A stretch of 64,000 bases of DNA from Eubacteriales bacterium (GTDB lineage: Bacteria; Bacillota; Desulfotomaculia; Desulfotomaculales; Nap2-2B). Shown one piece after another: positions 1 to 8,226 of the stretch; position 1 is the stretch's first letter, and every line of letters starts with the position of its first letter. Both the position numbers and the translations under genes were made by a program. Under the pieces are notes generated by a model. That model had not been told where the DNA came from. It saw nothing but the letters and a program-made list of their open reading frames with translations, and searched no databases. The stretch spans positions 5,528-69,527 of the forward strand of contig JBAZGB010000004.1 in assembly GCA_041653135.1 (NCBI GenBank), read 5' to 3'.

Positions 1-807
1 GCGCCTGGCGGCAAAAAAGTGGAGTATAAGTCATTCGGCGGCGCTTATGTGGAACGTGAACTTGCTCTTAGCTGCGAAGTCGATGTCAACCAGTCCACCG
101 GCGCGCACTGGAATGAAGCGAAAGGCCAATTTTCACCCGTGCCCACCCGCTTTGTAACCAGGAACGGCATATGTTATGCCGTTATTTTAAACCGGACGAA
201 CAGTCTGTATACGGTTTTGCAGGCCAGCAAAACCTTTTCCGATATACAGGACAACTGGGCTAAAAAAGATATCGAACTGCTGGCTTCAAAAATGCTGATT
301 GCCGGTAAAAGTGAAACCGCCTACGAGCCAGGCAGCAGTATTACACGGGCCGAATTCTCCGCCTTATTGGTAAGGGCTCTGGGTCTGGAAGAAGGAGTTT
401 TAAGCAAAGGTCAGTTTAAAGATGTAGACGGCGCGGCCTGGTATGCCGGAAGCATCGCCGCAGCCGTTGCTGAAAACATCATCAAGGGTTATGACGGGGG
501 TTTCTTTAAACCGGATAACAAAATCACCCGCGAAGAAATGGCGGTAATGATTGTCCGTGCCACGCGTGTCGCCGGAAAAGAGGATACCCTGTCCGGCAGT
601 GAGCAGAAAGAACTGCTGGCGCGGTTTAAAGACCAGCAAAAAATTTCTTCATGGGCGGCGTCCGATGCGGCCCTGGCGGTTAAAGCGGGTATCATCAGCG
701 GCATGCCTGATGGCGGGTTCTCCCCCGGGAACAATGCCGACCGGGCTCAAAGCGCTGCCATCCTGAAGCGGTTCTTAATTTATATCAATTTTATAACTGT
801 TCGGTAA
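1..807 (+). CDS. SLH-domain cell-surface protein, C-terminal part (5' end outside window)
   Basis: The frame is open from nt 1 (track ORF 19..807). It has three SLH-like repeats (FSDIQDNWAKKDIELLASK, FKDVDGAAWYAGSIAAAV, FKDQQKISSWAASDAALAV). The last ~190 aa are colinear with the C-terminus of the 8227..10053 protein. Confidence 0.8.
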   Translation, partial: APGGKKVEYKSFGGAYVERELALSCEVDVNQSTGAHWNEAKGQFSPVPTRFVTRNGICYAVILNRTNSLYTVLQASKTFSDIQDNWAKKDIELLASKMLIAGKSETAYEPGSSITRAEFSALLVRALGLEEGVLSKGQFKDVDGAAWYAGSIAAAVAENIIKGYDGGFFKPDNKITREEMAVMIVRATRVAGKEDTLSGSEQKELLARFKDQQKISSWAASDAALAVKAGIISGMPDGGFSPGNNADRAQSAAILKRFLIYINFITVR

Positions 808-884
808 AAAACTTGCCCGGGGAATATACAACGCTATCTGCTAATTATTCCGGTAAGGCAAAAAAACAAAGAAGGAGAATATCA

Positions 885-2591
885 ATGTCGAAAACAAGAA
901 ACCGTCTGATCTGGATGGAACTATTGTTGGTTTTAACGCTGCTGCTTGGCGCTGCCTATATTGGGCAGGGGTTGGCGGCCAATACTGACGCTTTAGTGGA
1001 GATTGACAGTCAAGATGGGCAGGAAGTATATGGTTCAACTGATTCGCAGGTTTCCGATATGCAGGCTGCTGTCTCTGAGGCCGCCGGCGCTCCTGATCAG
1101 ATTATTCTGTCCTGGACCGGTGATCCGCGGACTACCCAGACTATCGCCTGGCGGAACAGCGACGCTGTTCCCAATGGAAAAGTTCAGTATATGAAAGAAA
1201 GTGAGAAAACCGCCGACTTCAGCGGCGCTCTGGAAAAAGACGCCGTTTGCAGCGAGCTTTTTACCAGGTTCAATCATTTTGAAGCCGAACTGGATAACCT
1301 GGAACCAGGTGTAGCTTATGCTTACCGGGTTGGATGCGCATGCGGCTGGAGCGAGGCAGGCACATTTACCACTGCCTCCGATATCGATAAGTTTAGCTTT
1401 ATGCATATGGGCGACATCCATATAGGCTATGACCAAAACAGTTCCGGTGTATGGAAACAGCTGTTGGATCAGGCCCTGGCCAATTATCCGGATCTGAAAT
1501 TTGCCCTGCAGAGCGGCGACCTGGTTAATGGAACTACAGACACCGGGCAATGGGAGGAATTTTTCAATACTGAAGCCGGCGTGTTTGACCGTATGCCCTT
1601 CATGCCTGCTATCGGCAATCATGAAAACGAGGACACGGGCATATATTTAAAATCCTTTGCCCTGCCCCAGAACGGGCCCGAAGGGCTCAAAGAACACGAT
1701 TATTCATTTGATTACGGCAACGCCCACTTCGTGGTGCTGGACAGTAACCTGATGGGCAGTGAAGGTGAACTCAGTGAAGCCGGTATGAACTGGCTGGAAA
1801 GCGACCTGCAAAACAGCGATAAAACATGGAAATTTGTTATGTTCCATCATCCTCCGTATGGAGTAGATTCACGCGATGTAACCCAGGGCAACATGATCAA
1901 GGCCAGCTGGGCGCCAATAATGGAAAGCAGCGGGGTGGACATGGTCTTTGTCGGACATCAGCATATGTACATGCGCACCTATCCCATTTGCGGGGGAGAA
2001 ATACAGGAAAAACCGTCCCAGGGTATTACCTACGTGCTGGGCAATGCCGGCGACAAGACATATCTTAATCCGGAGTCGCATGACTATATCGCTGTAGTGA
2101 AGGAAGGCTCGGCGGCCACCGGTTATACCGCAATAAGTATAGACGGGGACGTGCTGACCATGACTACCAGGGGCTTGGACGGCGGAATTATGGACGAATT
2201 CAAAATAAACAAAAGCAGGGACATGGACTCCAGAGTCGCTATCGACAGCGTTAAGCTGGTGGACAGCAGCTATCAGGAAATAAGCTCCGTATCCGGGACC
2301 GGGCACTGCCACCTGAAGGCTCACATAAACAACTATACCAGTAAAGCGCAAACGGCGAATGTGCTCTTTCAGGCGCGCGGCGGCAGCGGCGCCGCGGCGG
2401 AATGTGGCGGTGAACCTCTGGGTATCGTCAGCCTGCAGTCGGAAATTCCCGTGGCGGGCGCCGATGTCTATGCCGATATTATCCTGTCCGGTGTTTCCCC
2501 GGGTAGTGCGTATGCTGACGTATACGTTTTGGGCGAGGCTGGCGTACCTATTGACGTGCCGTATGAGTGCAGCTTTGATGTAACTTCTTAA
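885..2591 (+). CDS. Secreted calcineurin-like metallophosphoesterase (purple-acid-phosphatase-like) with an extra C-terminal domain
   Basis: Track ORF 813..2591. I moved the start to ATG 885 because GAAGGAG lies 7 nt upstream and a signal-like MSKTRNRLIWMELLLVLTLLLGAAYIG follows. Phosphoesterase motifs are GDIH, GDLVNG, GNHE, FHHPPY and GHQHMY. Confidence 0.85.
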   Translation: MSKTRNRLIWMELLLVLTLLLGAAYIGQGLAANTDALVEIDSQDGQEVYGSTDSQVSDMQAAVSEAAGAPDQIILSWTGDPRTTQTIAWRNSDAVPNGKVQYMKESEKTADFSGALEKDAVCSELFTRFNHFEAELDNLEPGVAYAYRVGCACGWSEAGTFTTASDIDKFSFMHMGDIHIGYDQNSSGVWKQLLDQALANYPDLKFALQSGDLVNGTTDTGQWEEFFNTEAGVFDRMPFMPAIGNHENEDTGIYLKSFALPQNGPEGLKEHDYSFDYGNAHFVVLDSNLMGSEGELSEAGMNWLESDLQNSDKTWKFVMFHHPPYGVDSRDVTQGNMIKASWAPIMESSGVDMVFVGHQHMYMRTYPICGGEIQEKPSQGITYVLGNAGDKTYLNPESHDYIAVVKEGSAATGYTAISIDGDVLTMTTRGLDGGIMDEFKINKSRDMDSRVAIDSVKLVDSSYQEISSVSGTGHCHLKAHINNYTSKAQTANVLFQARGGSGAAAECGGEPLGIVSLQSEIPVAGADVYADIILSGVSPGSAYADVYVLGEAGVPIDVPYECSFDVTS

Positions 2592-2739
2592 ATTTTCATG
2601 AGATAAAGAAAGCAATAATCCTGAAATAGTTAGTTAACGAGGGAAACAGACAGATTAAGAAAAAGAAGGTATAACCGGTACGGAGCCGTGCCGGGAAACC
2701 CTTGTGAATCAAGCAAAGGAAGAAAGGAGAACAAACACG

Positions 2740-5700
2740 GTGAAAAAAATATGCACGATTATTCTCTGCTTAATGATGCTATTCGCATACATTCCTGCAG
2801 GGATGGCTGACGAAGCGCCGGCCAGCAATAATGCCGATTTGAGCAGTCTTACAGTAGCAGGTGCGGTATATTGTTGCGACCTTGTCCCTGCGTTTGACGC
2901 TGCGACCACCGCTTACACAGTCGATATACCCAACGAAGAAAGCAGCGTAGATATCACCGCCACTACCTCCGACGCCAACGCCACATTAACGATAGGCGGG
3001 ACAGCGGCCGCCAGCGGAGTTGCGCATACTGTAAGCGAGCTGGCTGTAGGGGCTAACAACATAGATGTGGAGGTAACCGCCCAGGATGGGACAACAGTCA
3101 AGACATACACTATAACTATAAACAGAGCAGCGGCGGAAAGCGCGCCTCTGCCACAGACCCCGGCGAACTACGCCGCCAGCGACTATGCCAAGTATGCGGC
3201 CCGAATGGCAGCCGGCTATGCCCATATAGCGGTAATCAACGCCAACGGCGCCATAGAGGTAGGAGGCGACAACACATACGGGCAATGCGACATACCGGAC
3301 GGCCTAAAAGCAGTAAAAGTAAAGGCCGTAGCTGCCGGAAGCTATCATACTCTGGCGTTGACTGAAGATGGCAGCGTTTTTGCATGGGGCAGCAGCCTTT
3401 CAGATTCATCCGGCAACAAGACATTAGTCAGCATTCCCAGTGAAGTAGAAGCGGTACAGGGGAATATAAAGCTCGTTGCGGCCGGATCAAGTATGTCAGC
3501 GGTAGTAACAAACTCAAATCAAGTAATCGTTTGGGGATTCAATTCCAATCAACTGGAGACCATACCGCAAGGGATGGGAAACATAATCGTAATAGGTCTC
3601 ACCAACAACTGTGCGGTAGTTCTTAACGGTGAAGGTAACATAATAGTATGGGGAGACAACTGCTGCGCTTCAGTGCCTGATGGACTGAATGGAAACGCAG
3701 TAGCGATAACAGTAGGACAATACCACTGGTTAGCCCTGAAAAAAGATGGGACGGTATCAGTAACCGGATCTAGCAATATGCTTCAACAGTGTGGGAACAT
3801 TGCCAATCAGACTGATGTGCGGGCCATTGCAGGCGGCTGGCAGTTCGCCGGGGCGATATTAGCTGACGGTTCAGTTAAAGGCTGGGGAAGAATTCCCGGA
3901 GGGAATTTTAATACAGACGGATGTGAAATAATTTCCGCCGATGCGAATATCAGAGCGTTTACCTGTACCGTATTGGGAGGAATAGGCAGCAGACCTGCTA
4001 TCTGCGCCATGCAGGGAGACGGCGCCATCAAAATAGTGGCGCCCAGCGAATTCATCATTGCACCGATAACAGACGAATTCAACTTCCTGACTGCGCCGGG
4101 TAATAATGCCGATCTAAGCGGTCTGGAGGTAACCGGGTATACGTTAGTGCCTGCGTTTGACGCTGCGACCACCGCTTACACAGTCGACGTGCCCAACGGA
4201 GTAAGCAGCGCAGATATCACAGCGACCACCGCCGACGCCAGCGCCACATTAACGATAGGCGGGACAGTGGCCGTTAGCGGAGTTATGCAGACTATAAGCG
4301 GGCTTGTTGTAGGGGCTAACAACATAGACGTGGAGGTAACGGCTCAGGACGGGACCACAGTAAAGACATACACTATTACTATCAACAAAGCAGCGTCTGC
4401 TGACGACAACAAACTTGCCGTTCTGACCGTGGAAAGCGTAGTTTACAGCGGCGGAGGACCTCAGGTTACCACCTGCGGCATCTATCCCAAGTTCGACAGC
4501 GATCAGACTGAGGGGATAGTCGATGTGGCCAACGCAGTGACGGAAGTGCGTATTACAGCGCAACCTTCCAGCGGCGATGCGACACTGGAAATCAACGGGG
4601 CGCCGGCAGTGGCAGGAGTAGCTGCGGTGATAAGCGCCGATAACCTGAGTGTGGGCGACAATCTTATTCCCATAAAGGTGACTGCGGCCAACGGAAACCA
4701 ACGGAGCTACACCCTGCATGTAAAAAGAGTCAGCGCTGATTACAAGCTTCCAGCCCTGCCGCAGACCCCGCAAGCCTACCAGGAGAGCGAATATGCAAAA
4801 TACGCCCGGAGGATAGCGGCAGGCGCAAATCACAGTCTGGCGTTGAAAAAGAATGGCGCTGTAGTAGCCTGGGGACAGGGTTCTTATGGCCAATGCAACG
4901 TGCCTGCTGGTTTTGGTAACATAGTTGCCTTGGCGGCGGGAGAAAGCCACAGCATGGCTCTTAGTGAGGATGGCGCCGTGGTCGCATGGGGCTCAAATAA
5001 TTATGGTCAAAGCACAGTGCCGGACGGCTTGAGTAATGTGGTGGCTATTTCTGCCAATAGTAATTTTTCCGCCGCACTGGACAAAAATGGCAAGGTGTAT
5101 GTCTGGGGTGACAATAATTATGGTCAATGCGACGTGCCGGCTGACCTGAGTGATGTAGTGGATATACAGTGCGGTAGTAGACACATACTGGCTTTAAAGA
5201 AGGATGGCACTGTCAAGGCCTGGGGCAGTAACTGGTTCGGCCAATGCGATGTACCCACTGGTTTGGACCATGTGATGGCGATTGCCGCCGGTTTCCGGCA
5301 CAGTATGGTCCTGAAAGACGATGGTACCTTAGTCGCCTGGGGCAAATATTCCAACAACAAAAAGTTTGAAACCTTGAACCTTGAATACGTCAAGGCAATC
5401 GCCGCCGGTGAAAACAATGCCGCTGCATTGAAGTGGGACGGTAGCCTGGATGTCTGGGGACGCGGTTATGGTGGTGAAAATGTCAATTTGGGCGTCCCTC
5501 TGGAGTTGCCTCAAAAGATTCTGGCTATCAGAAGTACCTATGATCATATGCTGGCACTGAACGAAGACGGTACCGTTACGGGTTGGGGTGAGAATTCTTT
5601 GGGACAGTGTAATGTGCCCAAAGGGCTAAACCTTTTAGAGGACGACAAGCCTCCCTACAACGGACCGTCTCCTGCTATTCCCCAGACCCCGGCGGCTTAT

Positions 5701-7080
5701 GCCGCCAGCAGTTATGTTAAAGCAAAGGGCAAGATCTGTCATACAGCAGCCGGCTGGATTATTCTAAACATGGACGGCATAGTAAGGTTTATCTCAAATT
5801 CAGATCGTGATTTCTACAATCTGGCGCAGCTCCCGGAAGGTTTAAACAATGTCAATGCGATAGCTTCTGCACTTTGCAATATAATGGCCATGCAGAAAGA
5901 TGGTCAAGTGGTAGTATGGGGCCTCAACGATGACGGGCAGTGTAATGCGCCGGAAACTGCACATGACATTACAGGCATCTGGTCTACAAAAAATATGAAC
6001 AACTGCTGCCTGGCATTGAGAAATGATGGTGCCCTGATCGCCTGGGGCAATAATTCGTACGGACAGCGCCAAGTGCCGGAAGGACTGAATGATGTTACTG
6101 ACATCGCGGCCGGTTATGATCATTTCCTGGCTCTAAAGGCGGACGGCACGGTAGTAGCCTGGGGTAAAAATGATTGTGGCCAGTGTGATGTGCCGGAAGG
6201 ATTAAATGATGTCGCCCGCGTATTTGCAAATTGCAATTATTCTCTGGCTTTAAAAAACGACGGCACGGTGGTAGCCTGGGGAAGCAACGAGGACGTGAAT
6301 AAAATTTTCTATTGCGGCCAGTGCGACGTGCCGGAGGGATTGAGCGGGGTAGTGGATATCAGTCTAGAGGAAGATACATGTATTGCCCTGAAAAACAACG
6401 GGACTGCAGTCGTATGGGGTAGAAACACTTACGGTAAACGCAATGTCCCGCCTGATCTCCATGATGTGGCTGCTGTTAGCATTGGATTAGGTGGCGCCAT
6501 AGTCACAAAAACAGACGGTTCCGTAGAGTGCTGGGGTCATTTGAATGAGTTTGACGAAGATATATTTACCAGTCTGAGTAATGTATTGACCATGTCAAAT
6601 GACAATATCATTATCTTCAGGGACGGAACACTCCAATATTATGATCTGACTCCGGAGGATAACGATACGATCAACGCCGTGCTGAACGGATTAAATGTGC
6701 TTTCCGGCCACTATTTTAACATTGCTTCCGTAGAACTGCTGGATCCTACCGGAAACAGCGTCAGCGCGGTTCCCAGACAGGGCGGCTACCGCATCCATGC
6801 CGGGATAGACAATAATTATGCCAGTCCCGCTGACGGTCTTGCCATCATCCAGGTGCGCGGCGGCAACGGCGCCACCAGTGGCGGCGGCGGCCAAGTGCTG
6901 GGCTGTGTGGGCATTTCCAGCCTCATTCCAGTGACCGGTTCCACTGTCTGCAGCGACTTTACAATGCCTGCCGGTATAAGCGGTCCAGCCTATGTGGACG
7001 TCTTCGTCTGGGACAACTGGGATAACATGGTACCCCGCGCCGAGGCCAGCCAGGACCTGAGTTTTACTGTAACGGAATAG
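2740..7080 (+). CDS. Giant secreted protein with cadherin-like beta-sandwich domains plus three blocks of RCC1-type propeller repeats
   Basis: Track ORF 2704..7080. GTG 2740 is preferred because AAAGGAGAA lies 8 nt upstream and the hydrophobic KKICTIILCLMMLFAYIPAGMA follows. NNADLS..LVPAFDAATTAYTVD..ATLTIGG..NNIDVEVTAQDGTTVKTYTITI modules are present. Many repeats are of the form AAGxxHxLALxxDGxVxAWGxNxYGQCxVPxGL. Confidence 0.85.
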   Translation: MKKICTIILCLMMLFAYIPAGMADEAPASNNADLSSLTVAGAVYCCDLVPAFDAATTAYTVDIPNEESSVDITATTSDANATLTIGGTAAASGVAHTVSELAVGANNIDVEVTAQDGTTVKTYTITINRAAAESAPLPQTPANYAASDYAKYAARMAAGYAHIAVINANGAIEVGGDNTYGQCDIPDGLKAVKVKAVAAGSYHTLALTEDGSVFAWGSSLSDSSGNKTLVSIPSEVEAVQGNIKLVAAGSSMSAVVTNSNQVIVWGFNSNQLETIPQGMGNIIVIGLTNNCAVVLNGEGNIIVWGDNCCASVPDGLNGNAVAITVGQYHWLALKKDGTVSVTGSSNMLQQCGNIANQTDVRAIAGGWQFAGAILADGSVKGWGRIPGGNFNTDGCEIISADANIRAFTCTVLGGIGSRPAICAMQGDGAIKIVAPSEFIIAPITDEFNFLTAPGNNADLSGLEVTGYTLVPAFDAATTAYTVDVPNGVSSADITATTADASATLTIGGTVAVSGVMQTISGLVVGANNIDVEVTAQDGTTVKTYTITINKAASADDNKLAVLTVESVVYSGGGPQVTTCGIYPKFDSDQTEGIVDVANAVTEVRITAQPSSGDATLEINGAPAVAGVAAVISADNLSVGDNLIPIKVTAANGNQRSYTLHVKRVSADYKLPALPQTPQAYQESEYAKYARRIAAGANHSLALKKNGAVVAWGQGSYGQCNVPAGFGNIVALAAGESHSMALSEDGAVVAWGSNNYGQSTVPDGLSNVVAISANSNFSAALDKNGKVYVWGDNNYGQCDVPADLSDVVDIQCGSRHILALKKDGTVKAWGSNWFGQCDVPTGLDHVMAIAAGFRHSMVLKDDGTLVAWGKYSNNKKFETLNLEYVKAIAAGENNAAALKWDGSLDVWGRGYGGENVNLGVPLELPQKILAIRSTYDHMLALNEDGTVTGWGENSLGQCNVPKGLNLLEDDKPPYNGPSPAIPQTPAAYAASSYVKAKGKICHTAAGWIILNMDGIVRFISNSDRDFYNLAQLPEGLNNVNAIASALCNIMAMQKDGQVVVWGLNDDGQCNAPETAHDITGIWSTKNMNNCCLALRNDGALIAWGNNSYGQRQVPEGLNDVTDIAAGYDHFLALKADGTVVAWGKNDCGQCDVPEGLNDVARVFANCNYSLALKNDGTVVAWGSNEDVNKIFYCGQCDVPEGLSGVVDISLEEDTCIALKNNGTAVVWGRNTYGKRNVPPDLHDVAAVSIGLGGAIVTKTDGSVECWGHLNEFDEDIFTSLSNVLTMSNDNIIIFRDGTLQYYDLTPEDNDTINAVLNGLNVLSGHYFNIASVELLDPTGNSVSAVPRQGGYRIHAGIDNNYASPADGLAIIQVRGGNGATSGGGGQVLGCVGISSLIPVTGSTVCSDFTMPAGISGPAYVDVFVWDNWDNMVPRAEASQDLSFTVTE

Positions 7081-7138
7081 GCTTTGAAATTTTCTTGGGC
7101 CGCAGCAGCAAAAAATGATAAAAAAGGAGGAGTAAAAA

Positions 7139-7705
7139 ATGAAATTGAAAGGCATCAAAATATTAGGAGTGTTGTTAATTGTTGCGTTAGTTGTTTGCAT
7201 GACCTGCGCAACCGCTTTTGCATCAACTTCCGTGAGTATTTATCTAAACAACAATGCTACGCCTCTGGCGACGTATACAACAACACAATTACAAAATAAT
7301 TTTACTAATTATGTAAAAACTTACTCGAGTTATAATTGCAGCGGAGGTACCTATAAGTATTACGATGCTGAGGGCCCGCTTTTGGAAGACGTGGCAACCG
7401 CTGCTTTAAGTGGAAGCGGGACATCTTTTAGCCAAATCAATCATATCCGGTTCTATGCGACTGCCGACGGTTATGATACCGGGCAAATCAGCAAAAGCGC
7501 CGTGATGAATGGTTACTATTTTGCGAACCCCAGTTCACCGGGAGTAACGGTAGCGCCCGTAATCGCCAGGCTGTATGGAAATAGGGGCGGGGCCCGGAGT
7601 TCTACCAATTGCCTTAGGAATTTTTATGGCCAGGCAAGCGCTGGCGAGGATACCATGTCAAAATGGGTTAAAAACCTTGACAAAATTTATTTGTACACAA
7701 GTTAA
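7139..7705 (+). CDS. Small secreted protein carrying the sulfite-oxidase/YedY-like module shared with downstream surface proteins
   Basis: AAAAGGAGGAG RBS lies upstream. The signal peptide is MKLKGIKILGVLLIVALVVCMTCATAFAS. The module pattern is ...ATYTTTQLQN...YDAEGPLLEDVATAAL...IRFYATADGY. Confidence 0.65.
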   Translation: MKLKGIKILGVLLIVALVVCMTCATAFASTSVSIYLNNNATPLATYTTTQLQNNFTNYVKTYSSYNCSGGTYKYYDAEGPLLEDVATAALSGSGTSFSQINHIRFYATADGYDTGQISKSAVMNGYYFANPSSPGVTVAPVIARLYGNRGGARSSTNCLRNFYGQASAGEDTMSKWVKNLDKIYLYTS

Positions 7706-7909
7706 TCGTATATTGGTGGGATAACCGACTATAAAACAAGGATAATTGAATAAACTGCAAGCTGTTGCGGCTCGCAATTATGACAAGTGAATAAAAGCAA
7801 GGATCAAAGTGCTTTTCAGGTAAGATATCACATATTTCTATCCATTCGTTAATAATTACTCTGCTATAGGTCCGTATCTTGAAGTTGTGTTGAGTTAACC
7901 GTTATAAAT

Positions 7910-7960
7910 GCTAAAACCATCTGTGGCTGATAACGCAGATGGTTTTAGCAGGTAATTTTT
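7910..7960 (+). terminator. Putative rho-independent terminator after the 885-7705 gene set
   Basis: A perfect 14-bp stem (GCTAAAACCATCTG / CAGATGGTTTTAGC) with a 12-nt loop is followed by AGGTAATTTTT. Confidence 0.45.
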
Positions 7961-8226
7961 AAACCATAGGTGACAAACAGTCATATAGACAGGCAGAAGG
8001 AAGGCAGAAAGCACAAGAAAGAGAAACATAATCATTTATGTCGGGGATAAAAGAGCCGTGGTACATATGATGGCATCACCGGCAGATATAAAGAGCGTTG
8101 CGGCATATATATAAATGTAAATGGATCAAGCGCAGACTCTGGATGTATCTAAAGCGGAGATGAGCAAAGAGGGGTCAAACACTAGGGAGTATGCTAATTA
8201 TGCTTTACAGGAAGGGGGAGGTGTTT

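Noticed and set aside
1035-2615. Long antisense ORFs inside the phosphoesterase gene (1035..1622 and 1869..2615, minus strand)
   Set aside because: They overlap a sense gene that carries a full set of metallophosphoesterase motifs. Their products are low-complexity (Arg/Gly/Ala-rich) with no motif and no RBS. This is typical shadow-frame noise in GC-richer coding DNA. The same reasoning applies to 4249..4950, 6691..7200, 8896..9300, 10420..10813, 27546..28220, 38643..39149 and 60884..61300.
7961-8226. Possible riboswitch (for example c-di-GMP) in the ~270-nt leader upstream of the surface/ECF operon
   Set aside because: I could not find GEMM-I/II core elements (ACGCAAAGC-type or GGCAAACC-type) or any other riboswitch core I know. 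The region is purine-rich without obvious conserved helices. An Infernal/Rfam scan would be needed to settle this.
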